Source of the DNA: an uncultured Verrucomicrobiae bacterium
GTDB lineage: Bacteria; Verrucomicrobiota; Verrucomicrobiia; Chthoniobacterales; Chthoniobacteraceae
Length of the DNA: 64,000 nucleotides
Assembly: GCA_963769025.1 (NCBI GenBank)
Contig: CAVYKI010000012.1
Location: forward strand, 384,001 to 448,000
Direction of reading: 5' to 3'
Part shown: in pieces, positions 39,112 through 54,029 of the stretch
Layout of the letters: the number at the start of each line of letters is the position of its first letter
How positions within the stretch are numbered: position 1 is the stretch's first letter
Notes under the pieces: generated by a model
Seen by the model: the letters and a program-made list of their open reading frames with translations, nothing else
Database searches by the model: none
Told to the model about the DNA's origin: nothing
Program-made: the position numbers and the translations under genes

Positions 39112-41643
39112 CCGACGCGCTCCTGAAGCTCTGCGGCCTCAGGGTGGAAAATGCGGCGCACGTGAGCGGCGCGGAGTTTGTCCTCCGCAACAAGCAGTGG
39201 CTCGGCTGGATCATCGGCATCGGCCTCGTGCTCGCGGTGCTCACGTGGGCTTCGTATCGGCGCGATGCGGCGGAGATGCTCAGCAAGGGAAAACGCCGCG
39301 TGCTCACGACGCTGCGCATCGTTCTCCTCGCGCTGCTCGGGCTCGTGCTGTTGCGGCCCGTCGTCGCATTCACCGTCGAGTCGGCGATCCGGCGCACACT
39401 GCTCACGCTCGTGGATACGAGCGGCAGCATGAAAATCCAGGACCCGCGCGTGGACTCTGCTGACCTCAAGCGCGCCGCCATCGCGAAGGGCATCCTCGAT
39501 CCGGGCAAGGGCCTCGACCAGCCACTCGACGCCACGCTCGCCGCAAATGTGAAGCTCGTCCCGCGCGTGGAAATCATGCGCGGCATGCTCGGCAACGAAC
39601 ATCTCCAGCTCTGGCCGCAGCTCGCGAAGGAACTCGATCTCGCCGCGTTCAGCTTCGGCGCGAACGCTCGGTGATGCCGGCGAGATCGGCGATTCCGCCG
39701 AATGGCTCGCGCACCTCGATCCCGTCGCCACGTCCACCGCCATCGGCGACGCCGTGCGCGACCTCATCCAGCGCAAGCGCGGCCAGCCGCTCGCGGGCAT
39801 CTTCCTCGTCACCGACGGCGCGAACAACCACGGCTCAGCGCCGCTCGACGCCGCGCGCCTCGCGAAGCAGGAGGGCATCCCGCTTTACATCTACGGCGTC
39901 GGCATCACGTCGCCGCGCGACATCATTGTCGGCAGCCTGCTCACGCAGGAGGTCGCGTTTGTAAAAGACGAATTGCCCGTGACCGTCCGCGTGCGCGGCC
40001 AGGGACTGAAAGGCGAGAGCGCGAAGCTCGTGGTGCGTCTCGTCCCCGTGAACTCGACCGGCGAAGGCGAGGTCGTCGCGACAAAGGAGATCACATTTGG
40101 TAGGACGCTTTCGCCGAAAGCGCCCACGCTTGAAAACGACACCTCCGGGAAAGACGGAGCGGCAAAACATGGGGCGGGTTCGGCGACCCCGCCCTACCTT
40201 GGCGACGATGAGGATCTCGTGGTCGCCGTGCCGTTCACGCCAAAGGCGACCGGCGACTTCGAGCTGCGCGCCAGCATCGCGCCGCGCGCCGACGAGGCGT
40301 CGAAGGACAACAACGCCGTCGCGCAACGGCTGCGCGTGATCGATTCCAAGGTGAAAATCCTCTACGTCGAGACCACGCCGCGCTGGGAATTCCGCTACCT
40401 GCAAAGCGTGCTCCTGCGCGACCGGCGCGTGGATTTGAAATGCGTGCTGCTCGAAGGCGACGAGAGCATCGCCGCGGGTGACGCGTCGCCATTCCTCGCG
40501 AAGGTGCCCGCGAAAAAGGACGACCTGTTCAAGTTCGACCTCATCATCATCGGCGACGTCGAGCCGCGGAATTTCACGCCCGAGCAGTTCGCCGCGTTCG
40601 AGGAATTCGTGCAGAAATTCGGCGGCTCGATGCTCTTCATCGCCGGCCCGCGCGCGAACCCCGCCGCGTATCGCACCACCACGCTGGAAAAGCTTTTGCC
40701 CGTCGAACTCGACCCCGCCGCCGCCACGCAGCAGCCCGCGCCTTCGCAGGGCGTCACCGTCGAACTCACCCCGCAAGGCCGCGCCAACCCGATGCTCAAG
40801 CTCGCCGCCACCGACGACGAGAGCGCCGCGATTTGGAAACGCTTCGGCAAACTCTACTCGGTCGCGCGCGTCCTCCGCGCCAAACCCGCCGCGCAAGTCC
40901 TCCTCGTGGACGCCGACCAATCCCGCGCGAATCGCCACGGCAAGCAGGTCCTCGCCGCCTTTCACCAATACGGCCTCGGCCAGGTGCTCTACATGGGCAC
41001 CGACAACACGTGGCGCTGGCGGCGCAACGCAGGCGATCAATTTTACCCGCTGCTCTGGGGTCAGATTGCGCAGAAACTCGGCCTGCACCACCTCCTCGGC
41101 GGCTCGAAGCGCACGCAGCTCACCGTGAATCGGCAGAACTACACCACCGGCGAGCGCGTCACCGTCTATGCACGCCTCTACGCGTCCGATTTTTCCCCCG
41201 TGAAAGAGCAGATCGTCGCCGCGGGCTACACCATTCGTGTGGCAGGCGCACCCGGCCCCGTGCGCGAAGTCCCGCTCCGCGCCGTGCCCGAACAGGCCGG
41301 CATGTATCGCGGCGATTTCGTCGCGCTCGAGCCGGGCGCGCACCAGTTCAGCGTGAAAAACGATCCCGCCACCGTGCTGGAGTTCAACGTCGCCGAGCCG
41401 AAATTCGAAACCGGCGAAACCGCGATGAACGAAGTCCTGCTCAGGCAAATGGCCGAAGCCAGCGGCGGCGCCTACTTCCGCGAAGAAACGCTCGCGCAAT
41501 TCCCCAAAGCCATCTCCGCCAAAGCCGAGCGAATCCAAGGCACCCTCGACGGCGAACTCTGGTCCTCCCCCCTCGCCTTCATCCTGCTGCTCACCGTCGC
41601 GACGATCGAGTGGGCGCTGCGGAAAAAGTGGCAGCTCAAGTGA
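39108..41643 (+). CDS. Membrane protein with vWA and glutamine-amidotransferase-like domains; frameshift near 39670
   Basis: N-terminal TMs, LVDTSGSM MIDAS motif, LVTDGANN, PRWEFRYL, DLIIIGDV, TWRWRR, C-terminal TIEWALRKKW. Confidence 0.82.
40099..40198. repeat. GTAG-type REP doublet embedded in frame in the vWA gene
   Basis: ggtaggacgctttcgccgaaagcgccc, and on the opposite strand ggtagggcggggtcgccgaacccgcccc. Confidence 0.7.
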
Positions 41644-41683
41644 GGCGCACGACTCGCGACGCGCTTGGTAATGGCTCCATTTG

Positions 41684-41775
41684 CACCGCCAAGGCACCAA
41701 GACGCCGAGGTCGGAAAGTGGCAAGACAAGCCGCCCCGAGGTCCTGCGGCTTCCTTCCCTTGGCGCCTTGGCGGT
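41684..41775. repeat. Intergenic palindromic element of the cgccaag type
   Basis: caccgccaaggcaccaagacgcc ... cttggcgccttggcggt. Confidence 0.6.
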
Positions 41776-41839
41776 CTCTTCAAGCTGAGCCACTACCAAG
41801 TGCTTGCGTGCTTCGCGCGGAGCGCGTCGTATGCGGGGC

Positions 41840-42634
41840 ATGATCCGCCCCCTCGTTTTCCTGTGCGCCCTCCTTTTTGCAAACATCGCTGCTGCGCAGG
41901 AGGCGAAGCTGCCGCCGCGGGAAAAGTTCCATCTCTTCCTGCTCGTCGGACAGTCGAACATGGCGGGGCGTGGGACGGTGGAGGCTCAGGACAAGACGCC
42001 GCATCCGCGCGTGCTCATGCTGAACAAGGCGGAGACGTGGGTGCCCGCGGTCGATCCGCTGCACTTCGACAAGGCGGCTGCGGGCGTGGGGATCGGGAAG
42101 ACGTTCGCCACGCTCTACGCGGAGGCGCATCCGGGCATCACCGTGGGGCTGATTCCGTGCGCGGTCGGCGGGTCGCCGATTGATTCCTGGAGGCCGGGCG
42201 AATTTTACAAGCCGACGAACAGTCACCCGTGGGACGATGCGATTCGCCGCGCGCACGTGGCGCAGAAATCCGGCACGCTCACCGGCATCCTGTGGCATCA
42301 GGGCGAATCGGATTCCAACGAGAAGCTCGCGCCGGGCTACGAGGCGAAGCTGCACGATCTCATCGCGCGGATGCGCAAGGAACTCGAGGTGCCCGACGCG
42401 CCGTTCATCGTCGGGCAGATGGGGAAATTCGCCGAATCGCCTTGGAATGAAGCGAAGCTGCAGGTGGACAAGGCGCATCAGGATCTGCCGAAGAAGGTGC
42501 AGCGCACGGCATTCGCCAGCGCGGAGGGGCTGAAGCATCGCGGCGACAAGGTCCACTTCGACTCGCCGTCGTTCCGCGAGTTCGGAAAACGCTACTTCGC
42601 CGCATTCCAATCGCTGGCGAAGTCGGGACAGTGA
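41840..42634 (+). CDS. Sialate O-acetylesterase / CE6-like SGNH esterase (SASA domain)
   Basis: Signal peptide, LLVGQSNMAGRG, CAVGGS, LWHQGESD, DKVHF. Confidence 0.9.
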   Translation: MIRPLVFLCALLFANIAAAQEAKLPPREKFHLFLLVGQSNMAGRGTVEAQDKTPHPRVLMLNKAETWVPAVDPLHFDKAAAGVGIGKTFATLYAEAHPGITVGLIPCAVGGSPIDSWRPGEFYKPTNSHPWDDAIRRAHVAQKSGTLTGILWHQGESDSNEKLAPGYEAKLHDLIARMRKELEVPDAPFIVGQMGKFAESPWNEAKLQVDKAHQDLPKKVQRTAFASAEGLKHRGDKVHFDSPSFREFGKRYFAAFQSLAKSGQ

Positions 42635-42779
42635 TCTCCATTTGCCCATCGCCGCAATCCAAGGACAAGAGTGTCCATCGGCGAAAAAAGCATTGCTCCT
42701 TCATCGGCGAACGCAGGGCCGCTTTTTCACGCCGATGTATGAACTTCCCCGTCGATGAGACATTTTGCGCGACGCTGCG

Positions 42780-43230
42780 GGAGGTCCGGCGGCTGGCATT
42801 GATGAAATCCATCTGGGCAAGAAGGCGAAGTTCCTCACGCTGGTCATCGATCTGGACACCGGTCGCATCCTCTGGGTGGCCAAGGGGCGCGGCGGGGATG
42901 CACTGCGCAAGTTCTGGCGGCGGCTGCGGCTGGCCAGGGCACGCGTGGAGGCGGTGGCCTGCGACATGAGTGCCGCCTACTGGAGCGCATCCTCGAACAC
43001 CTGCCAGGGGCGGCCATCGTCTTCGACCACTTCCACATCATCAAACTGGCCAATGAAGATCGACGACCTGCGGCGCGCCTCCAGCGCGAGGCCGAGGTGC
43101 TCGGCTACCAGACCTCAAAGGCTCCCGCTACCTGCTGCTCACGGCAGCGAGAAGCTCACCGAGGACAAACGCGACAGACTCGCCGAGGCCCTGCGCTTCA
43201 ACAACCGCTCTCCACCGCCTACTATCTCAA
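42780..43230 (+). mobile_element. ISL3-family transposase remnant (internal fragment)
   Basis: GIDEIHLGKKAKFLTLVIDLDTGRILWV...VACDMSAAY, then IVFDHFHIIK and RYLLL in shifted frames; both ends missing. Confidence 0.8.
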
Positions 43231-43234
43231 GAGC

Positions 43235-43711
43235 TGTCATTACTAGAGGGTTCTGGGCTTGAGTTGGTTGGCTCTGGTTTGGGTTCCAGCCGGTGAGCCG
43301 GCAGATACGGCGTTGCGAAAGCCCGAAGCGCGAGATGACCTCATTCATGGGGAATGGCGTGCTTTGGGCTTCAGGATCCTTTTTGGAGCCACTCCTTGAG
43401 GACCATCGCGTCCAGGGCCTGATCCGCCACAAGCTTCTCGAGCTTGCGGTTCTCCTCTTCGAGCAGGCGCACCCGCCGGGTGTCGTTGACCTGCAGCCCG
43501 CCAAACTTCTGCCTCCACTCGTAATAAGGTGGCCTTGCTGATGCCGTGGCGGCGGCAGAAATCCTCAACAGCGGCGCCGGCTTGCGCTTCATTGAGAACC
43601 TAAAAGATCTGTTCTTCGATGTATCGTTGTCGTTTCATGGATCGAGGATGTTGCGCCGCTTTCACGGCACTCCCTCAACCCAGCTCCGGCCAAATCTACG
43701 GGAGAAGCTCA
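43235..43711 (-). mobile_element. IS3-family remnant (left end, orfA and start of orfB)
   Basis: MKRQRYIEEQIF*VLNEAQAG...CRRHGISKAT/YYEWRQKFGGLQVNDTRRVRLLEEENRKLEKLVAD, with an internal stop and frameshift; LSQRRICRLTG follows; candidate left end TGAGCTTCTCCCG at 43711. Confidence 0.8.
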
Positions 43712-43777
43712 GGTGCACTCAAAAACCATTGCTTTTCGGATGACCCATACTCTTCAACGGCACTACAGATGAGAGCT

Positions 43778-43817
43778 AAAAAAAAGAGCCCGTTTCAGCT
43801 TTCGCTGAAACGGGCTC
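43778..43817 (-). terminator. Intrinsic terminator of the rRNA operon
   Basis: Perfect stem gagcccgtttcagc/gctgaaacgggctc followed by T8 on the minus strand, just after 5S. Confidence 0.9.
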
Positions 43818-43821
43818 GTAA

Positions 43822-43938
<117 letters not shown>

Positions 43939-44127
43939 GACCGGATTTTCCGAATTAAATCCGGACCTCTAGCGATTAAAGTCCGAGCTGCCGGACATTT
44001 TCACGTCACTGTATTCCTAAAGAACGGCTGGTTCCCTGACATCTGCATACATGTAGTTTGTGCAACTTCGCACTGAGTTTTTTCAGATCGCAAGATCCTT
44101 CTTCCTCGCGAATGTGAGGAAAGAGAA

Positions 44128-46979
<2,852 letters not shown>

Positions 46980-47230
46980 AATCTGTTCCTCAAACGGGCT
47001 TGCGCCCGTATTGGAAATTTGTGATAACTGAATTCCCTGTGACTGCATTTGACTGCGGCCACGTCAGATATTCAGACTCAGCATTTTGAAGTTGCATTTA
47101 TTACTACCATGTATGCAGATGTCAAAGAACCAGCAAGGCCATCTAGTGCAGCCTGCTGCGGTTTGGTTTCCGGGGTCTCCCCCTTTGTCGCCAATCTCAA
47201 AAAAGTCCATTTTGCTTGCCTTCCCTAGGC

Positions 47231-47307
47231 TGGTGGGCGTGGCAGGATTCGAACCTGCGACCCTGCGCTTATCAAGCGCATGCTCTAACCAACTGAGCTA
47301 CACGCCC
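47231..47307 (-). tRNA. tRNA-Ile(GAT)
   Basis: gggcgtgtagctcagttggttagagca...cttGATaag...ggttcgaatcc...cca. Confidence 0.96.
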
Positions 47308-47354
47308 GGATTGCAGTTCCGGCACTCCCGGATGGGAGGTGGATGCGAGCCCGT

Positions 47355-47430
47355 TGGTGGAGGTAAGGGGACTCGAACCCCTGACCTATAGCTTGCAAAG
47401 CTACCGCTCTACCAACTGAGCTATACCCCC
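47355..47430 (-). tRNA. tRNA-Ala(TGC)
   Basis: gggggtatagctcagttggtagagcg...ttTGCaa...ggttcgagtccc...cca. Confidence 0.96.
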
Positions 47431-47614
47431 AATTGTGTGTGATTCGATGTCCATCTTACGCCCGCTTGTGCGGGAAGTGAAGCAAAAACTGAATTGTGCG
47501 CTGCCGTTTCAAATTGTTTGAACCATGTCTTCTTTCGTCAACGTGGGTTTCAACGCATGACCATTGCTGGTTTTAGCGTTCGACCTATGCCGCCCCGTGA
47601 GGGGCGATGCATTA

Positions 47615-49178
<1,564 letters not shown>

Positions 49179-49496
49179 AAAGTTAGTGCTGAGGCAGCAA
49201 GCCCCAGCGTCTGGCCGTTTTGGCCCGCCGTTTTACGGGCAGGCCTCGGCACTTTTCTTAAAATCAAAAATTTGACGTGCAACGCACAATTCAATTTTTG
49301 CTGTATGGACTGTTTTGAGTTTGTGTCCGCCACCGCTTCCACGAGGGATGCGGCGACGGGCGACTCGAAACCAAACTGTCAAAAAACTTGCAGCGCTTGC
49401 GAGCCTGCCGGCAACCAGACTTTCGTCTGCGCCAGCCGCTCTCGCGAGCAACTGTCCCGCACCTTTCGGCGCGTCCCTTGTTTCAGCGGGAGGGAC

Positions 49497-49631
49497 ACCC
49501 TATTCAGGTCTTCGTCATCGTCAACAGCTTTTTGCAAATTTCTTTGCTCGCTGCAACTTTGCCGAAGACCGCTTTGGACGGCCTCCGCACTTGCGGGGCG
49601 GTGTAGATAGCGGGTTCGTTTTTTGGGTCAA
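49497..49631 (-). promoter_or_regulatory. Tandem sigma70-type rrn promoters
   Basis: Proximal TTGACG-16nt-TAGGGT followed by a GC-rich discriminator (49524-49497); distal TTGACC at 49631-49626 preceded by A-tracts, with a weaker -10. Confidence 0.55.
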
Positions 49632-49879
49632 CAATCTTTTTGAAAAAACTTTCGTCCCCCACAGTGAAACCCCTGCGCCACGAGTGAAAACAGCATGCCC
49701 GCAAAATTCGTTTCCCCTTGTGAGAGCACGTGCAGCACGGGACTGCCCCGCCCTCTCTTTCAGCCGATCAAGAGCGCCTCGTGCACGCCACAGATCGCTG
49801 CGGTAGCAGCGAGTGCCGACTGCGCTTACGTCGCCCTTCACTCTCGCCACGCCCGCCCATTCCCGCTACGCCAGTCGCC

Positions 49880-52128
49880 ATGACTTCCCCGCAGACCGAG
49901 GTCCTCATCACCGTGGATGGACTTGAGCAAGGGCGCTTCGTCGTCGAGCCGGGCGAATTCGTCATCGGGCGCAATGCCGACTGCCACCTCCGCGTGGACG
50001 CCGAACTCGTCTCTCGTGAGCACGCGAAGCTCATCCTCAACTACGACCACGCGCTCATCGAGGATCTCGGCTCCGCGAACGGCACCTTCGTGAACGACAA
50101 GCCGGTCACCGAGCGCACGCGGCTCTGGCCGGGCCAGAAAATCTGCATCGGCGAGGCGACCATCACGCTCCGGCGGCTTGCAAGGTGAAGCGCCCACGGA
50201 CATGTCGCTCGCCCCTGCGCAGCGGGCACGTGCGCCGGCATGCTGCCCGCGGAGATGCTGCGGGAGAAAAAGTATGACATCGGCGCAGTCGTCGCGCGCG
50301 GCGGCATGGGCGCGATCCTCGATGCGCGCGAGGCGGCCATCGAGCGCAAGGTGGCGATGAAGGTGATGCTCGACACGAACGACGCGGACGACGATCGCGC
50401 GCTTCGTCGCCGAGGCGCAGATCACCGGCCAGCTCGAGCACCCGAACATCGTGCCCGTCCACGAGCTGGGCGTGGATGAAAACGGGCAGCCTTTTTACAC
50501 GATGAAGATGGTGCGCGGCATCACGCTGAAGAAGGTGCTCGAGCTGCTCGCGCAGGGCGTCGCCGAGACGGTGAAAAAGTATCCGCTCGCCGCGCTGCTC
50601 ACCATCTTCCAAAAGGTCTGCGACGCCATCGCCTTCGCGCACAGCAAGGGCGTCATCCACCGCGACCTGAAGCCGGAGAACATCATGCTCGGCGACTTCG
50701 GCGAGGTGCTCGTCATGGATTGGGGGCTCGCGAAAGTGCTCGGATCGCCGGCGCGGATGCCGCCGCGAGCGTCGCACTCGGGCAGGACCTGCGTTCCGTC
50801 GTCCACAGCGCGCGCTCCGGCGATGCGAGCATCCGGCATCGATGACGCTCGCCGGCACGATCATGGGCACGCCGCAGTACATGACCCCCGAGCAGGCGCG
50901 CGGCGAGGTCGAGACGCTCGACGCGCGCACGGACATCTACGCGCTCGGCGCGATCCTCTACCACATCCTCGCCCTGCGCCCGCCGGTGAGCGGCACGGAC
51001 GCGATGGAGATCGTCGGCAAGGTCGGGCGCGGGGAGATCGAGCCGTTGGATTCACCGCGGCCAAGACGGCGCAGGACGCCAAGGACGCCGGGCAGCCATC
51101 GGACTCGGCTTGGCGCCTTCGCCGTCTTGGCGGTCATCTCCCCGGAGGCACGCATCCCCGAGAGCCTCGCCGCCGTGGTGAACAAGGCCATGGCCCTCGA
51201 CCCCGCGGCAGCGCTACGCCGCGCGTCGAGGACCTGCAGGCCGACGAATCCTCGCCTACCAGAACGGCTTCGCCACCGGCGCGGAACGGGCCGGCTGGGG
51301 CAAGCGCGCCCTGCTCGCCATCAAGCGCAACAAGGCCGCCTCCATCGGCGCCGCCGTCGGTGCTGCTCATCGGCGGCGGCTTCGGCACGAAGGCGTCGTC
51401 GAAGGCCGCCGGGCCGAGCGGGCGCTGACGGAATTGAAAAGCACCGCGCCGGTGTTTTTTGCTGAATCGAAGCGCCTCATGCTCGATCTGAAGTTCGACG
51501 AGGCGTTCGCCCGGCTGGATATCGCTGTCGCCCTGCAGCCGGATAACGGCGACTACCTCCTCGGACGCGCACACATGAGGCAAGGAAGCGAGCGCCTAAG
51601 CGAGGCGATTGCCGACTACGCTCGCGTTCTCCGACTGAGACCGTCCGATGATCTGGCCAAACAAAACCTCGCTCTTTCACAGCGCATTCTCGCACAAAGC
51701 GGCGGTCAGACTCCGCTCGACCCCGAGGCACGGGCCGAACTTTACGCAGCGATAAAGAAGCTAGGTCGTGAAATGGACATTCTCCCGCTGGCGCTCCTGC
51801 TCGGCAAGGAAGGCGACGCAGCAATGGAATTGCTGAATGCGCGCATCGCACCGTTGATGACGCATCCCAAGTGGAATGCTGCACGTGTGCAGCGTTTCGC
51901 CGACGGCACGCTGCAAGTGTATCTGGACGGCCTCCCGGTTCCCGACCTCTCGCCGCTCGAAGGGCTGCCCATCTCCAATCTCAATATCTCAGGTACCGGC
52001 GCAGCCGACCTTGCGCCGGCTTTCCAATCGTGGAGTCGGCTTGCTGGATTCCGACTGGGCAAAAGCTCCCACCGTAGCCGAATTCTGGCGCGCCTATGAC
52101 GCCCAACGTGCGGTTCAGCAAAAAGTAA
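49880..52128 (+). CDS. FHA domain + Hanks Ser/Thr kinase + TM + TPR + short LRR protein; multiple frameshifts
   Basis: IGRN...VSREHA...[12 protein letters not shown] (FHA); [50 protein letters not shown] and [18 protein letters not shown]. End is approximate. Confidence 0.85.
51053..51135. repeat. cgccaag-type palindrome inside the kinase gene
   Basis: caccgcggccaagacggcgcaggacgccaag ... cttggcgccttcgccgtcttggcggt; same family as the intergenic copy at 41684-41775. Confidence 0.6.
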
Positions 52129-52144
52129 GCCGCAACGGAAGTGG

Positions 52145-53953
52145 CTACACCGCCGCGACGGGCACTGGCTCGACCCATTTGCCGTGTTCGCGGATGAGGT
52201 CCTTCAGACGGTCCACGGCCTCGGCCTCGGGGATGTTGAACTTCACGGCCTGCTTGCCCACGTAGAGGTTCACTTTTCCCGGCGCGCCGCCGACGTAGCC
52301 GAAGTCGGCATCGGCCATTTCGCCGGGGCCGTTCACGATGCAGCCCATGATGGCGATTTTCACGCCCTTGAGGTGCAGCGTGGAGGCTTTGATTTTCGCC
52401 GTCGTGCTCTGCAGGTCGAACAGCGTGCGCCCGCAGCTCGGGCAGGCCACGTAGTCGGTCTTGAAGATGCGGGCGCCGGCGGCCTGCAGGATGTTGAAAG
52501 CGAGGCGCAGCGACTGGCCGGGCGCTTCCTCGCCCTGCACGAGGATGGCGTCGCCGATGCCGTCGCAGAGCAGCGAGCCGATGTTCACGGAGCTTTCGAG
52601 CAGCGTGTCGAGGAAGGGGCGCTGCGCGTCCTGCGAGGGCGTGAGCGTGTCTTTCAGCAAAATCGGGTGCGGAGCGGTGATCCGCGCGGCGAGGAGGCGG
52701 AAGGCGGCGATGACGGGCATCCCGAGGCCGTCCTTCACGGTGATGAGGTGCGGCTCGTCCGCGGCGTTCAGCTCGGCGATGCCCTTGGTGTCGCGCGGGT
52801 CCACCTCGATGACGCCGGAACGCTCGAAAACAAAATCGGGCTGAAAATCGCCGAGCGAACGGACCTTGTGCGCGATCTGGTCGAACTTCGCCTGGCGGAT
52901 CGCGACGCGCGGGACTTCCTCGCCGCCAATGTGGGACGGGCTTCCAGCCTGTCCATCCGCAGCCGGGACTGCGGACGGCACTTCGATGCGGGAAGTGACC
53001 CTGCGGGCGTAGCTGAACGGATCGAATGACACTGCAGGAAGATTTTCCCCGAGCGCGTCGCCGCCACGCTTCAGGCCAGCGAGCGCCTTTGCCACCGGGA
53101 TCTCGTGGACGCTGTCCTCGGTGAGCGAGACGCGGATGGTGTCGCCGACGCCGTCGTTCAGCAGCGCTGCCGATGCCGATGGCGCTCTTGATGCGGCCAT
53201 CCTCGCCGTCGCCGGCCTCGGTGACGCCGAGGTGGATGCGGGTAATTCCAATCCGGCCCCTCCTCCGCGAGCCGCGCGACGAGCAGGCGGTAGGCCTCGA
53301 TCATCACCTTCGGGTTCGACGACTTCATCGAGAAGATGAAGTCGTGGTAGTCGAGGTCGCGGGCGATGCGGACGAATTCCAGCGCGCTCTCGACCATGCC
53401 GAGCGGCGTGTCGCCGTAGCGGTTCATGATGCGGTCGCTGACAGCGAGCCGTGGTTCGTGCCGATGCGCATCGCGACGCCCGAGCTCCTTGCAAAGCTCG
53501 CACGAGCGGCGAGAAACGCTCGTGGATGCGCTCGCAGTTCGGCGGCGTACTGCTCGTCGGTGTATTCCTTGACCGCGAATTTTTTCGAGTCGGCGTAGTT
53601 GCCGGGATTGATGCGCACTTTCTCCACCCACTTCGCGGCCTCCATCGCGGCGCTCGGGCTTGAAATGGATGTCCGCGACAATCGGCACGTCGCAGCCCGC
53701 GCGCGCGCAGGCCGGCGACGATGTACTGCAGATTCGCCGCGTCCTTCACCGTCGGCGCGGTGATGCGCACGATCTCGCAGCCGACCGCGGCGAGGTCGAT
53801 CGTCTGTTTGATGGACGCCTCGGTGTCCATCGTGTCGCAGGTGATCATGGACTGCACGCGCACCGGATTGACCCCGCCGACTGCGACTTTTCCGATTTGG
53901 ACGACACGTGTTTTCCGCCGCCGGTATTCGTAGAAGGATTCGCAGTAGGTCAT
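52145..53953 (-). CDS. ispG: (E)-4-hydroxy-3-methylbut-2-enyl-diphosphate synthase, long type; frameshifted
   Basis: [63 protein letters not shown]. Confidence 0.95.
   Translation of the reverse strand: MTYCESFYEYRRRKTRVVQIGKVAVGGVNPVRVQSMITCDTMDTEASIKQTIDLAAVGCEIVRITAPTVKDAANLQYIVAGLRARGLRRADCRGHPFQARAPRWRPRSGWRKCASIPATTPTRKNSRSRNTPTSSTPPNCERIHERFSPLVRALQGARASRCASARTTARCQRPHHEPLRRHAARHGRERAGIRPHRPRPRLPRLHLLDEVVEPEGDDRGLPPARRAARGGGAGLELPASTSASPRPATARMAASRAPSASAALLNDGVGDTIRVSLTEDSVHEIPVAKALAGLKRGGDALGENLPAVSFDPFSYARRVTSRIEVPSAVPAADGQAGSPSHIGGEEVPRVAIRQAKFDQIAHKVRSLGDFQPDFVFERSGVIEVDPRDTKGIAELNAADEPHLITVKDGLGMPVIAAFRLLAARITAPHPILLKDTLTPSQDAQRPFLDTLLESSVNIGSLLCDGIGDAILVQGEEAPGQSLRLAFNILQAAGARIFKTDYVACPSCGRTLFDLQSTTAKIKASTLHLKGVKIAIMGCIVNGPGEMADADFGYVGGAPGKVNLYVGKQAVKFNIPEAEAVDRLKDLIREHGKWVEPVPVAAV
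52930..52981. repeat. GTGG-type REP-like palindrome in frame within ispG
   Basis: gtgggacgggcttccagcctgtcc followed by a tccgcag/ctgcgga hairpin. Confidence 0.6.
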
Positions 53954-54029
53954 GCTTTGGAAGTGCTCCGTGCCCGTCGCACAGTCAAGATTTCAGCCGC
54001 GGAATGCGGCGCACCGCACGCCGACGCGG

